Notes: a model not told the origin generated them from the letters alone. A stretch of 62,000 bases of DNA from Octopus vulgaris (GCA_951406725.2 OX597817.1:117944001-118006000), one strand, 5' to 3'; numbered from the stretch's first letter, positions 25,071 to 41,245 are shown. A program made the numbers and translations.

Positions 25071-26130
25071 AAGTATTTTGCGACGGAGCCACGACGAGGA
25101 GGTGGTGTAACATTGGCTCAAAATGAGAGGAAAGAATACATTGAGTTATAGTTTCTGATGTTCTGCCTATATTTCATTCCTTCAATGTCGGTATTCTCTA
25201 AAATTTGTTCTAATTGGGCAGTATTAGGCAGCATTTAAAAGATAATTCTGTGTTTCATCTTGCATATTTTCCCTTCCTCCTTGAACTCTGTTTTTCATAT
25301 CTTGAAGGCAATTCTGCCTGTCATCTTCGTCCATATATCTCGTTTCTTGAACTCTGTTTCTCTGTTCTAAGTATAACTGCCATTGCTCTTGATTCATTAA
25401 TAGTTTTAATTCTGTTTGGCTCTATGAATTTGATCTTTTTAATGCTTTCGTCCATTGCTTGGTATAACAAAAGTGAAAATGGAAAACTCCTGAACAAAAC
25501 AGAGAAATTGTAACTTAACAAAAAATATAGAAAGCGAACATAATAACACATATATCTGACAGTAATTCTTCCATATTTTCCTCTCATAGAACACTAAAGC
25601 CTCCTTTTCCTCATCAACAGAAGGATGTTAATTTCGTTCTTTTTCCTGTTTCCGATTAAATCATTTAGCAAACGACAGAATAATTCTTGATATATTTGCC
25701 CCACATGCATTTGTTCATATTTCTGTAAGAGTTAATCCATATTCAGAATCTGTGTTTCTCAAAGAAGGAAAATGAAACATCTTTATTGTATTGTACGGTA
25801 TTCATCTTTTAATTACATTTGTGACTATATTTGTTTCGTCTGTAATGTTTGCCTTTTAAAAACTCGCTGTATTTTACCTTTGGTTTGTCATATTATTTTA
25901 TATAGAAATTTAGTCAAATGTTTAGTCAAATGCATCACGCCACTACACACACACACACACACGCATACACTCACAGATACAATCGCATACACACTCACAC
26001 ATATACACACAAGCACACACAGATACACACGCATGCACCAAATGCGTATAAACACACATACTTGTATGTATCTATATATCCATTTATATATGTGTGTATA
26101 TATATATGTGTGTATATATATATATGTGTA

Positions 26131-26182
<52 letters not shown>

Positions 26183-27774
26183 TATGTATATATGTATATG
26201 TATATATTTACATATACACATATACATATATATACACACACACACATATATATGAATATACATACGCACGTGCGCTTACACACACTCACTCACACACACA
26301 CACACATATATGTATTAACGGAGTATAGGCGTAAAGCAGTGTTAAATATGAGCAGAATCTAGGTTAGCTGTATTATGTTTGCACATATTTCAAATGATAA
26401 AGGTAAATACACTGCAGTTAACCTTTGAGAAAAAATCTCTCTTCTGGTAAAAGGTGTGGAAACACATAATTCGTTCAGCTTGCCTTTGGCAGTTGAAATG
26501 TGTGACAAACATATATGCATGCATACTTATAACGCAGTCCTTTGAACCCATTCGAAATTAGTTTAATAAAGTATGACCTAATAGTGCCTTTTTGATGTAG
26601 TATTTTACCATGAGGCAATCTACGAATACATTTATTTTCTGTATATGGGGTTCCAATAGAAATCACTTAAAAATTTGATATATTACCCTAATATCTTACA
26701 TTATATACTTTGACTTATTTTTATATAATCAGAATTTTGTGATTCAGACAATAGTGTGTGTGTATCGAAATTATACATCACTCTAATTATATTTAAATAT
26801 ATGATGTGCTGCTCTGCTTCATAAATATTTTATTGGATAATTACATATTCAATAATTTTTTTTTTTAATATGATTCAATTTTATAGTTAAATGTCATAGT
26901 TAAATGGTTATACAGGAAAGGGGAATCCGCTTAGTTTATGGTGGGGAACTTTGTAACAATTTAACACAATATATAGTTAATAGGTGCAAAATAGTAAATA
27001 TACCCATAAATATAAAGAGACGTAAATGCTTTCCTGAACGACACATAAATCTCACATTTATCAGTTTCATAAAATTCTTGTGTGTGGAGGGTGCGTGTAA
27101 TTACGCGTGTGTGAGTACGTGTGTGTGACTGTACGTTTGTGACTTGTGTATAGAAAACATTTATCTGTATCATATGAGAGATCAGAATATTCATTATCAG
27201 TTTATCATTGCTTGATGTAATACATCCAACTGATGCAATTCAGATTCCTAGGTATGATCTCAGGTTATTATGCTATTGTTATTTGAGAACCCCCGTCGGA
27301 TGTTGAATGACATAACTTAGTTATGAATAAAATTTATTCTCTACTGAGATTATATTAACTGTGTAAGCAAAGTGACTGGTCAAGGGACTAATAAGTTTGC
27401 CTATACATTTGATATAATAAGTTGCTGATTGCATTAATGTACTTGATTACACTATATTCAACATGGCCAACATACATAGTATTTGCATGTATGTATGTAT
27501 TGAATGTATGTATGTGTGTGTATGTCTGTTTGCATATATGTTAACCATCCAAAGACAAGAGGGTATTTTAAATCCGTGAGCGTTCAGAACAAGGTTAACA
27601 TGCTATACTATTGATCATATTGCCTCTGTACAACAAACGAGCTACTATCAGACGATAAAAGAATTGAGGGTCTAATCCCCAGAGAGAACATGCGTGAGAT
27701 ATGCAATATGTATATATGTGCGCGTGCGCGCGTGTGTGTGTAGGTATATATATACGTATGGAAGGCCAGAGAAG

Positions 27775-27805
<31 letters not shown>

Positions 27806-30231
27806 GATACATAGATACATAGATACATTTATATATATATAGTGATTTGATAATCGATATCGTTAGAATAAGCACCATACTTTAAAAAATAAGTACTTCG
27901 ATTTTGTCGACTAAGCCCTTCAAGGTTCCGCGCGAGGATGACTGTGTTCCAATGACGAAAACAAGTAATGTATAAACGACAAAAGACACCAAGCCTATAT
28001 GGCATGTTGTTTATTTACCAGCTACCAATTATGTATATTTTTCTAGTATGTCCATATATTGAAGTAGTGTTGCCGTGTTCAAATTTAATTAGTTACCACA
28101 AGTCTTCGGTTATAAAGATGCAATCGTTATTTTCATATAATATTTTATTAATAACATAATCATAAATTATTATTTATGGCATATTTGCTTTGTAAATAAT
28201 ACTATTATTCTTTTAAATTCTTCTTATTACACTGATTCTTTGTAGCGTTTATATTGATGCCAACTCAGAAAATTACTAAGAATTCTAAAAATGTTAAAAG
28301 TATTTTTTGCTGCTGTCTCATTTATAATTATGTGATATTTCCCATTATATTTGCATACCGTTTTACAATATATTGTATGCCATTTTAATTATATTTAGTA
28401 TAGAAAATAATGCATAATATTTAAGATATTTATTTACCAAATCAAACAATTTATTTGAATTCCTACTCTAATATATATAACTATAACGATTGTAATCGCA
28501 TAAGATTTTACTCTTTTCCATTCTCAGACACTTGTACGTACTAATATTATATTTTATGAGCATTTCAGTTGCATACAAATCTAAAATCAATATTATCACA
28601 CCAATACGAAAGCATGTATGCGCATCTGCCTGTACGCGTGTCTTTGTATGTGTGTATGTGCATGTGTATTCATGAACGTATGATTTTGTCCACTTCCTTA
28701 TTTTTCTATACAATTTTCCCTAAAAACGGTAAGCCCTATGGGGGAAATTTAGATAACAATTATGATTTGGATAACTATTAATATATTCAATTTTAGCGAA
28801 ACTCTTACATAAAGAGCAAATCCGTTTCGCTTAAACAGTGAAGCTACAGGAAAGAGATGTTATGTGACTGATAGTTGTAATGTAGTTGTAATACGGGAAA
28901 GAAAATAATAGGCAGTGCTGAAACATTGTCAGTTTGTGACGTTCGAGTGATATGATTAAAATCGTAATATTCTAGTCTTCGTAGGCACAGAACTTGAACT
29001 CACATATCAATTCTAAACTTTACACATTGGTTCTTACGAATATCATTCATAAATATCTAGTTTTTCTGGATCAATATCATACATTGCGGCCGTTATTATT
29101 TTACTTTATGTTTCATTTAGACAATATTTTCAATTATTTTTGCTATTCACTCTTAATTCATAAATGATTTTTATCTATACATATCTATTGCTCGTACATA
29201 TTGATGCGTATCTTGCTAGTAGATTTGTTACTAACCTAAGCATGCTTTTAAAATAGTACACCCTATGGAAAATATTAGGATTACAGCTTCGGATAGAGAC
29301 TAATGTAGTCTTCGATCATGCTGCGCGTGAAATAAACTTCTCTGGGAGTGTTTAACAAATTGTTTGAAAATAGATATATAGAAAAATTTTCTTCAGTGGC
29401 CACTTGATAAATACAATAAGAATCGAAACACATGGATAATAAAACATCTAAAGGATCTCAATTTGCACATAAGCATCTTCACGAAATCATAATTCAAATT
29501 TGCCCATTTAATACGCATAAAGTTTATGAGTATTTCCAACATTACGTTTGTAGATATATACATATTTGTATGGGGATTTGTTTCAACTTATATATTTATA
29601 ATAAGGGGAAAATGTATCAAAGTAAAGTCCTAAAAGATAACAAGTCCAGAGGTAGAAGATTACATACAAATATGCTTAGAATATTAGTGATGAAAACAAT
29701 GGAATCAGGATATATAAATTGTTATGAATTCTAGTGAGATACGTAGAATCTATTTGTAGATTGAAACAGAATGTATGAATTAGAGGAAAATAATTATTTA
29801 TAACTAGCAATGAATCATGGCGTTGCCCGAGTGTTATGACCTACACGTATATTGTATTATTTGCTCCTTTTTTATGGGCAGAATCGGTACAGCTGTTATT
29901 GTTTGTTTAAAAGTGAAGGGCGAGGGTACAATTTGCATGAAAATGCTTTTTGTTCTTAAGAAGTATCAGAAACTATGTATTGTTCCATCGTATAAAAGGG
30001 GGTTAATACGACATTATCCAGAAATCACGTTTCCAATATTTTAATTTCCCCCCAATCCCCACCGCAATTTCTTAGTTTGTAACTTTTTTCTATTTTTTTC
30101 CTTACTAGGTATAAAAATAACGAGATTACGAATCTGGGGAATATATATATATATGTATATATATACATATTTTAAAGTTTAATTTTTCTTGAAGAAAAAC
30201 TCAATGCTCCTTCCTCCACCTCGCCAACCAA

Positions 30232-30470
30232 TCACCTATCAGCTTTCCAAAAAGCTAAAATCTCCCAATCTTGCACTTTCGGCTGATGTTTCCTGCGTGC
30301 GTAGAATTCTACTGAAATAGGAGACTTAAAAAATACCAGACGAATACCATAAAACCACCCGACATGCTAGAAACAACAGACATTATTTCTGAAGAAACTT
30401 CCCCGTTTTCCAAAAAGCTAAAAGTGAAACATTGGGAGTGTGTAGCTTTTCGAAAGTGGTAGGTGATGGG
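30232..30470. repeat. Fragment with subterminal inverted and direct repeats, probably a non-autonomous DNA element
   Basis: TCACCTATCAGCTTTCCAAAAAGCTA vs TAGCTTTTCGAAAGTGGTAGGTGA are inverted; TTTCCAAAAAGCTAAAA occurs twice. Confidence 0.4.
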
Positions 30471-33400
30471 TAAAATTCTTAAAGGTTCGTACTCTCTGGT
30501 TTTTTTCTCCATGGATAACTAAGGATAAAAATTTGAAAGCAGTCAAAAATTAATTGGGTGCGGAAAACGCATTTTGTCGGTGAACTCCTAATCGCCTGTA
30601 TCGCAAACATAGGAATCGGAAGAAATTTAGGAAAAGAAATAAGGGGTGGGGACGGAAATGTCCCCTGGGACATTCTAGAAAGAAGACATAAAGGACAGGA
30701 TTTCTAGGAAAACTTCCTTGTTAGTTTATATCAGTTTTTTAAATACGCTCATCAAAAACACAAATTACACGATAGAAAAAGATAATTTCAGTTGGATTTG
30801 AGCCGTAAATTTACGCGTGCACGCTGCAAGAAATAGAATAATTCGCACAGAAGCTTCACCTGGAGTGTGTGTATTCCAAAGGAAGTTATTTTATGGTATT
30901 CTTTCTCAAAGTTGTCAACTCGATATATATGGAATCATATGATTTATCGTTAATTTCCGTAATTTTCTTTAATTTGTGTATGCGTTGAAGACAGCAGAAA
31001 TTGGAAGAGGGGATAAAGTGAAAAGGCCGCATTTGCTTTGAAGTGACAAGAGAAAATAAGAGAGATGATAAAGCATAAGATGTACATGTATATGAAATGG
31101 ATGTGTGTGTGTGTGTGAGAGAGACAGAGAGAGAGAGAGAGAGTGAGGGAAGGCATGTGTTGTAATATATGAAGTATTTTTATGTATGTGTATGTGGCAC
31201 TCACTCGCTCTCGCTTCCCTCTTTCACACACACGTTATATTTCTCATACACGTAAATAGCGGAGGTAAAGAACACGGACATCACCCGATTTCGGCGAAAC
31301 CGTAACATAAACACCGGGAGTTCGTATTCTTTACCTTCACCCATAAATGCATATGCATACATCTTTTTTGTGCTTGAGAGAGAGGGAGAGACAGTGAGTG
31401 TATTTCGTCATGAAATATAGAAAATTCGATGTCTGTTAATGCAATTGTTTTTGGTTGTGGTTTATTTTAATGCAGTCTTTATGTGTCCATTTTCATAAAT
31501 GTTTGAGACATCGGACGACAGTGAAACATTAGAAGCAAATCGAAATATTGTCCGAATATGACCTCAAAACTGTGCGACCCTAACCAAGTTGCCGAGGTTA
31601 TTTTAGATGTAAAAAATTGTTGCGTCAAAAAAATTATTTGTTAGATAGATAATAAGCAGCTTTCTTTATTATAATACACATGTGACTAATTTGGAGAAAC
31701 ATTAATTTCATTATTCTCACATCGTCACTCTCGTAATGTAACACTGTAATCTTGGTTCAAATTGAAAGTGAAACTATTTTCATTTTCTAATGAATTCTGG
31801 TCGTTGTAAAGAAGTCTATTTGAAATAACTATAGTTGGCTGTTGAGATAACGTAGAAGACATGTAAATGAAATTAAAGTTTGAAATATGTAATTGATTTA
31901 ATTGTTCTGGTCTTAACATCAGTTGGTAAGAATAGAAGTTATTTGACGACACCTTTTTTTGCTTTTAATTGACACTCCAGTTGACGGTTCAATTCGTAGG
32001 CTATCGAAATGACACCCATTTTGTCTTTTCCATAGAATAAGAGTATACTGGAGAGCATGATAAGAGGGATGAGTTTGTGAAACACATTTAAGGTTGTTAT
32101 CTCGAACACAATGAGAATAACATGATTTTCATGGAGTTCACCAACCATAAAAATGGCTCTTTCTTTAGATGTGGGCTCATTAAAAGAGCGTAAAATGCTC
32201 TTTACTATAGTATACTAAAGACGTAAGGAGCGCAGAAACACACACACACATAAAATTGATAATATTCAAAACAGTAAAATGTACACACACTAAATGTAGT
32301 CAATATAGATGCAAAACATACTTTATGTAGCATAGTTATGCTATACAAAAATAGAAAACCACCAGTTTAGAAAAAGTTACTGTGTCACGAACGTAACAAG
32401 GTACAAAAAGTCAACATTTATTTGTGATATGTACTAAAAGTTATAGAATTCAAGATTAAATATCACGGTGAAGAAAGTGAAAGAGCAAGAAAATTCAGAA
32501 GGCATAATTCAATTTTTCATACAAAAATGATTTATCTTACAATTCTGAAACGAACGGTGAACCAATTGCATAGAAAAGAAAGTGTTGCTGTTGTGAACGT
32601 TAATTTAAGATATTTGCTGAAGGATGTACATAGCAAGATATAAATTAATTTGACATTACATTATATTTTTTAACTGTGTAACACTATAGACTGTAGAATA
32701 AATACTGACTAACGCAGTAAGAATGTTCTGCGCCATTCATACTTACAGTGATGCAGAAGCTTTGGAGGAATGTAAAAGTAATCTTTAAACTCTTTTCGAA
32801 TTTGTTATAATAACCAAAATAACACTTTTTCCGGATATATTTGAGAGTATTGTGAGTGCTGTTAAATCAGCAATATCTTTATGTTCGTAGTACTTGAAAG
32901 TTGTTGTTCGTTTAAAATTCTGGCCCCAGCTAAACTTTCAATATAGGTGCGTTTTGGTGTTGGGCAGGAGTTTGTCACATACGTAAACTAAGACACACAG
33001 ACACACACACATACATTAACGCACGCTTGAAGCCTATCTCTGCCCCTGTGTGTGTCAGTCGTCGCAAAAATGTATGTATACTAACAGACGCATTCACTTT
33101 CACATACATATACTTGTTAGTCATCGGCCTAACATACGTAACACTCAAATAGAAAAGGTGACGCCATCGTCGCTACGGTGGTGAAATAAAATGTCGTTTA
33201 CGACAGGTAACTAAAAGAAAAATGACAATGTTAATTTTTTGTTATGCAAATATTTGAATGAAAATATGGTTTAGTTCGCAGCTAAAAACCTACTGTATCT
33301 TTTCATACCCAATACATCAAAATCGACAACTCGGATTTGGAATGCATAAGGAACATATGCGTACACACGCACACAGACAAACTCTCTTTTATAGATATAG

Positions 33401-34196
33401 ATAAACAGTGGTCTCTTCTGTATTATACAAATGAGCATAAAGAAATAATGGATAAAAAGTTTCAAAGACAGTATAGTCAGGTAACCTATTGTGATCAGGG
33501 GTGGTTTAAATGGATAAACCAAATAGTGCGACTCTGTGATAGCGTCAGATAAAAATTCACATGTCAAAATGTTACTGGTATGATTTTCCATGTTTTTTTA
33601 AGGCGTACTTTCTCAAACGGCAAAATTTAGTAAATATCACTTGTCTGCTATTCACACTGTTTGCAGATCTGTTAAATTTATCAACTGTGGAGTACTTTTC
33701 AACGAAGTATATCTATAAAAAAGAAGAACGAAAATGCTACATAAAAAAATGCATTTATATGAAATATGTAGAAGACGTTTTCGTAGCATTCCTAGTGGTA
33801 ATTTCGGCTGTTTTCTTCATGGCAAATTAAGTACTGTGGTCAGAATGGTTTTCAAAAAGGAGTGGCCGTAGTAGTCAATTAAGCAGTAGGAGCAATAATA
33901 GTCGTCGTAAAGTTATCTACCCTGAGGTCTTCACAGAAATGGATTTGTCTAATCTCTAATCTTTATTTCTTATGAATAATATACATGTATTTTCAGTGGT
34001 CTGAGCTTAAAGAATTTCAACTCGGTCGATACTTCCTTATGAAATGCACTTCGTTGCTAATGCGTTCATTTTTGGCTGGCACTGTCTTTGAATTTCTAAT
34101 TTGGAAAAGTTGTGAGTTTAGGATATTTATGGATGCACATCTGTCTATGTGTTCGCTGAAAGATATTTTCTTGTATTCCGAAATTCTAAATCTCTC

Positions 34197-34245
<49 letters not shown>

Positions 34246-34258
34246 TACATATATATAT

Positions 34259-34311
<53 letters not shown>

Positions 34312-34412
34312 TACATAAATACATACATACATGCATACATACATACATAAATAGATATATGTGTGTGTATAACTATGTATATGTAATAGTATATATATAT
34401 GCATATTATATA

Positions 34413-34483
<71 letters not shown>

Positions 34484-34879
34484 GTATGCATGTAACTATA
34501 TCGATATATATGTACCTACTTCCATACTAAATATTGGATATTGGATACAGTTTACTTAGATATTTCGTATCTGTTGACCATTTAAAATTTAACAGTATCT
34601 TCGATACTAGAAATTGTCATAACATATCTATAACTTTATATCTTTTATATCCAGCTTTTTTATAAAATTAATTGCATATTTCGAAATACTTGCGTAATAA
34701 ATTATTGTCTGTGTGTGCATCTATATATATATGTGTGTGTGTGTTTGAGTGGGAGTATGTATATACATGGCTGAGTGTTTGCCTGTCTATATATTTGTGC
34801 CTGCATGTGTACATAGGTTTAGCTATATATGCATTTATGTATATACATATGTACGTACGTATGTATGTGTGTATGTATG

Positions 34880-35205
34880 TCCCAGCTACATGGTTTCGTG
34901 TTTTGTCCCACTGTGGGACACCTTGGGCAATCGTCTTTTGGGGCAAGAACTTGTTCAGTGTATCTGGTAGACGGAAACTGGAAGAATCCCGCCATATATA
35001 TCTATATCTATATATATGTTTGTGTGGGTGTGTGTGTGTTTGTTCCTCACCACCGCTTGACAACCTGTGTTGGTGTGTTTACGTCCCCATGACTTAGCTG
35101 TTCCGTAAAGACACCAATAAAATAAGTACTAGGCTTAAAAATTCCTGCGATCCATTTGTTCGACCAATGCCCTTCTACTGGGCCGCAGTCAAATTACTGA
35201 AACAG
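34880..35205 (+). mobile_element. Composite SINE (family A), degraded head
   Basis: CACCTTGGGCAA, GGTAGACGGAAACTG and ACGTCCCCATGACTTAGC segments shared with 24397. Confidence 0.75.
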
Positions 35206-36325
35206 ATGTTACATAATATACACTTATTTTCTATCATCTTGCTTTCATTATTTTATTTCTTAATAATTTTAGATATATATTATGGATATATGTTTTGGAT
35301 TATTCATACGCTTTACCTAGTCTCTTAGAAGTTGTTGGCCAATTACATCTTAACCCTATTTCAGGTATTAACATTTGTTACAAAGTATCTGTGAGCTGAT
35401 TTCTTTTTATTTTATCCAGCTGTTTTATACCATTAATTATATCTTTCTAAGCACTTTTTGAATAAGTTCATCTCACTACATATCCTTCTGAGAAATTCTC
35501 ATCGCATTTGTTTAATTTATATAATTTTATATACTCCGACTTATTATTGTAATTCTGTTTTTACTTTCTCTTTCATCCTCACCCATTTTAATTTAACTTA
35601 CGCTTTATTTGTATTTTTATTGATATTAATCTCTATATTTCATAAACATATCTGCAAATTTCTCTCTCATTCCGTGAAATTTCATTTTCATTTCTCTCTC
35701 TATCATTAATGTCAGTAGGTTATTAACAACAATCCACCTAACCCCTCTCGCTCCTTCTCTCTTTCATATCGTACATCATCTGCACATTCGCCACCACCAA
35801 CCTTAATGTTCTTTTTAAAATCTTACAAAATCTCTCCCTCCGTTCTTTATAAAATAATCTCTTCCATACATTAAATATTGGAAGATGATCTTATGTATGT
35901 GTTACTGGAGTTGAAAGATTGATGTAACCATGATATTTTGTTGATCAAATGAACAAGACTTCTATATCTGCATTCGTTTGTAAAATGTACAATAGACCTA
36001 TGCTATTTATAACATACGCACAAGTGGAGACACGTAAAAAAATTTATTATACACTAATTTTGCATTGTGCTTGCTGCGAAACGGCCGTCATCCTATGGAT
36101 ATGTACTGGTGAAATAAATATATTCATCTCATATATCCTGACATTTTTTATATTTTATATACACGTCATAACACAATTTCTACTGATTGGGTTTACAGGT
36201 GTTCACTGCACAGGTTTCTACATTACATTCCTACGTATTGATTTACTATGTGGTCTGTAACCTTGTCCACTAAAGGAGCGTTTTTGTGATTACCACTGTA
36301 TTATATAAATCCATATATTGTACAT

Positions 36326-36376
<51 letters not shown>

Positions 36377-38046
36377 GGTGATTCAGCAGTTCAAACTTCC
36401 ATTTGCTAAGTGCATTATTTATTTGTACGCATTTGTGTTGTATGATGTAAAAACGTATCTATTATGAGATTTTTTTTAAATCTTTGAATGGTTGACGGAT
36501 CTTTATAGACTCTCCTCTACAAGTCAACAGGTATCATAATAAAATCTGTACATTATAATCTCAAGTGCTACACGCAAATTCATGAAAGTTTAGGAAATGC
36601 ATAAGAATACAAGACATTAAGAAAAAAATTGAATATATAATCACGTGAAACTTTTTGACATTTTTAACTGAACTCTGCCTGAATAAAAATGACTTATGGT
36701 TCTGTATATTTGACGCCAATATTTGTTTCGTTTTCATAATCTCTCTCTTACGCTCAGGTTTTTTTCTATCCTTTTACACACATTCTCTCTCACAAATGTG
36801 TCTATACTTTCAAGTATTTATGTTTCTGTCTATTTCCAGATATTTTGGCAGTTCTGCTTAATAGCAAATATATCTAGATATAATGTTGTGTTCGATTAAT
36901 CTTCTTTAATTTTAAAGTAATATAAAACTTACGTATTTTCGAATCAATGTTTACATATATGAATACAGTTTTATATATGTTTGTGTGTGCGTGGTTTCGT
37001 GTGATTTTGCTTGCTTTTAGAATTTTGTTATGTTTATATTTGCTTTCCAAACATATATTTGTACCATCCTCGTTATACCATTATATGTGAGAATTCATAA
37101 AGAGAAATAACTTTAGCTAGGAATTAGACATCATTGACAGTCTAGTGAGATTTAAATGCACACAAAAGTAAATTTGGACAACATTACGTTTTATGGGTGA
37201 CTAGAACTGGAGCCACTGGAACAAATAATCAAATTTTCTTTTATTGATATTGATTTTATTTTAATCTTCCAAACCACAAATATTTACACATAAATACGCT
37301 GGTTGTAACTCCAAGTTCAAAGGAATATTGAATTTTTAGTCCTGTATCATAAAAAAATGTTTAACAGAAAGAAATCATTTAAGTAGATTCACAAATATTT
37401 TAAATCAGTAAATTAAATTTTATTTTGGCGATATATACAATGGTTCGTAGTTTCTATTTAGTCCTGGAGATCTGCATTATTTAGGATTGTTCACATATTT
37501 CCGCGTAGTTCTACATTTATATTACTAAGTTTCAGAATTTCCTCCACTTCTGCAATTTTATCGACGTAAAAGTATTCGACTTCACTTCTAGATTTATCTG
37601 CAATATCTTATATACTTCGCAGGTAATACTAAAATCTAAAAACATTTTTAAAATTTAGTATCCATAAAATTTCCTAGATATGGGGAGCGCAAATATAATC
37701 AGATATGTCGGAATTTGATGTTCTTCCATTGTTGTCAGATGCTCGTAAGCAAATAAATGTAAACCTTAACTGCAACGAATATAATAATGGTAAGAAATTT
37801 AGTATACGTTAGAAGAATAAATATATATTTTTTAAGACATCATATGTCGTGTACTTTGTATCCAAAATATGTTTGTCTTAAGAGAAGTAAATTAATTCAC
37901 ATTCATACGCACAACATATAACGTCTCTAAAGTTTTGTTCAAATGACGCATAATTTCAAATTTTCCATCTCATTTCATTGGTGTAGACAGAAATACGCAT
38001 TTATGCATATACAAGTACACACAAATTATATATATATATATATATA

Positions 38047-38437
38047 GGCGTAGGAGTGGCTGAATACCAACCACATGATTCCGGGTTCAGTCTCACTGCA
38101 TAGCACCTTGGGCAAGTGTATTCTACTATTGCATCGGGCCGACCAAAGCCTTGTGAGTGGATTTGGTAGAGGGAAACTGAAAGAAGCCCGTCATATATAT
38201 ATATATATATATATACGTGTGTGTATATACGTGTGTGTATATGCTTGTGTGTCTGTGTTTGTCCCCCAAACATCGCTTAACAACCGATGGTGGTGTGTTT
38301 ACGTCTCCGTAACTTAGCGGCTCGGCAAAGAGACCGATACAATAGGTACTAGAGTTACAAAGAATAAGTTTTGGGGTATATTTGCTCGACTAAAGGCGGT
38401 GCTCGAGCATGGCCACAGTCAATTGACTGAAACAAAT
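38047..38437 (+). mobile_element. Composite SINE (family A)
   Basis: Collinear with 24397-24803. Confidence 0.85.
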
Positions 38438-38760
38438 ATTGCCACACATATAGGCACACACATAAACAAAATGTATATGTGTTTATGTGTCTATGCATTT
38501 GCGTGTGCGTGTATGAGAGCCTGGGTAGAGGGTTGGCTATCGGTTTATGACGATGAGGATGTTGTTGTTCGATTAAACTACCATTGAAATAAAGTATAGA
38601 TACTTGAATGTTTCATACATATACATGTATCGTTCACGTACTCCACGAACAAAGGATGCTTCTCATGTGGGTTGCTGATGTATTTCATTCATACCAATTC
38701 ATCTTCATTACTGGAAATTCTATATACTATTTTAAATATAAAATCTCTTTTCTCTTTCAG

Positions 38761-38961
38761 ATTCGAGAACTCGACTGCATGTTAGTGGATTATGTCGCCG
38801 AAAATCAACGTAGCATACGTCCAAGAAGAGCACGAGGGCACGAGTTAGCAATCCACCATTTCAACATATTCACACAGTATACCTACCACCTGACAATCCT
38901 CGACGTCCTACTTGTGGCTGTCACAAACAACATCTCACTTTCTGCCGCTGTTACATACTAG
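38761..38961 (+). other. Candidate exon, unidentified
   Basis: Strong acceptor (TCTCTTTTCTCTTTCAG|) followed by about 200 nt of raised GC and CpG content; no recognisable homology. Confidence 0.3.
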
Positions 38962-39696
38962 GTTTTAATATTAAAAGACCGGTCAGTTTCACATAACTGC
39001 TTCCAACTAAACTGATTTCTTACCTCGCCCCAACCCGCCCCGCATTACACCCCCAACGTATTACATCATGCCTAGAAATACATCTCGGAAACTACGTACA
39101 TCTATTCATCTATATAAACTGAACATCGCACACACACGTACACTCTAGTGTGGTTACCACTTGCGGGACTACTAACTTCAGAAACACACGCGCTAACAGA
39201 CATTTTGAGGCAAACAGAACGCCAGCTGATGCCATCAAACAGATCTCTAGATATCACTTGCGCGTCAATTTTCAAGCATCTTTTTTCCACCTCTTTAATT
39301 TTCTCTGTCCTCTGTACTCTGTGTAAGTTTGACCTATTGAGATCAATTTCAATATATGTATACTTAAAAATTCATCAGCTGGAAATCTTCACATTTTGCT
39401 TTCTCACATTTTGCATGTATACATATATACATATTTTGTAATTTATACGCAAACTATGATATTAAATATATTTAATGTGTCCAATTTTTTTAATCCTCAT
39501 AATTGCATAATTGTCTCTATTCCCGCTCAACCTGATCCGTCTTATAGCCTTTCTGTACCTTGTGAATTCGATCCCATATGAAAACATCAATGTTGGAATC
39601 TTCTGAGTACTACGGAGTGTCTCTGACTCTCATCTATTGACTAAATATATGCACACGCACGCGCACACATACATACATACATACAGACACACACAG

Positions 39697-39746
<50 letters not shown>

Positions 39747-39753
<7 letters not shown>

Positions 39754-39879
39754 TTAGATAAAACCACTATTAGGCAAATCAAACAGTGAAAAACATAAAC
39801 CTAAATCTAATAGTGGTTTTATCTCTAATTTAATTTATATTTATACTGTAAAATTAGATTTAATCCTAAATCTAATTTT
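39747..39879. repeat. Two adjacent short inverted repeats abutting a (TA)n tract
   Basis: 39747-39773 vs 39807-39835; perfect 13-bp stem AAAATTAGATTTA-ATCC-TAAATCTAATTTT at 39850-39879. Confidence 0.7.
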
Positions 39880-39953
39880 TTCCTGTAAGTTTGGATTTAC
39901 TCCCTAATATTATTATATATATATACATACATACGTACGTACGTACATTCACC

Positions 39954-39989
<36 letters not shown>

Positions 39990-40443
39990 CCGAAGATGAT
40001 ATTTGATAAATTCTTTTGTGTTTATATTTTTAAAAAATGATATTTATCACGTGAAACGTTGTGCGACTTCCGGTTATGTGACTGAATAAAGAGGTACAGT
40101 AAGCATATGCAATCATATTACTTCCAGTGTAGAATCTTTTATTTGAAAGTATGTGCATCACAATATATTTACATCATGCAGGCTTGAATTTCTTTACGTG
40201 CTATGATGTATCTTATTGTATTGTTAAATGATGCCATACAAAATACAGCTTTTCATCGCCCCCCCACACACACACACACACAAACACACACACATATATT
40301 ATTGCATCGTCCTCAACAAAATGTTGATATTCGGAAAGCATTTTCCATGATTTATGCTGGATGAATTTTACGTGCAACTGTACTGGCAATTAACAATTCA
40401 AAATATGAAGGTAAATAATATTTCTGACTATATATATATATAT

Positions 40444-40509
<66 letters not shown>

Positions 40510-41046
40510 AGCAGTCACGATATTTTCAGAAAACCTACAAAATACCGAGTGTACACAATAAAAAATAGAGGGTAAAACAGGTAGACAAAGAAGGACAAAG
40601 AGGCGGATTGATAGAGCTGATGTAGTATATATAATATATACAAAAACGTACACAAATTATAAACAAGAAGGTAGTAATACCGCAGTTGTAAGAAAACAAG
40701 AGAAAATGCGGTAACAAGAAGGAAAAAAAAAGAAAAGAAGAGGGAACGAAAAAAGGAAAACTAAAAACAAATAAAAATTACTCTTAGTAAGAAGCTAACA
40801 TACGGACGTGAGAGCTTCAGGCGCAACACACTTCAATGATAATGCTGTAGAAAGAAAGATTTTCTGAGCATTCCTGTTGGTCAATAAGGTTTTTGACAAT
40901 GCTTGTAGTCCCACTGATCTGCCCACTTAAGCAAACACATTGAGACACACACAACTCTCTTTCTCTTTCTCCTTCTCTTTCCTCTCTCTCTCTCCCACTC
41001 TGTTTCTCTGTCTGCTTGTCTGTCTGTCTGTCTCTGTCTCTCTCTA

Positions 41047-41108
<62 letters not shown>

Positions 41109-41113
<5 letters not shown>

Positions 41114-41190
41114 ATATTTCGGAATGGTCATATTGCCAGTTTAGCCAATAAAAACACACGCACTATATATTTGGTGTTGTTTTGCTTCAG
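41109..41190 (-). repeat. Dispersed 80-bp repeat; inverted partner at 50359-50441
   Basis: Reverse-complement match; both copies end at a (TA)n tract on the same side. Confidence 0.75.
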
Positions 41191-41245
41191 TGATATTTCA
41201 ACACACGACTTCACATAAAAAATCTTGCACAACAAATATTTAAAC

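Noticed and set aside
25214-25790. Possible decayed retroelement coding sequence with a short internal repeat
   Set aside because: Motif similarity too weak to assign
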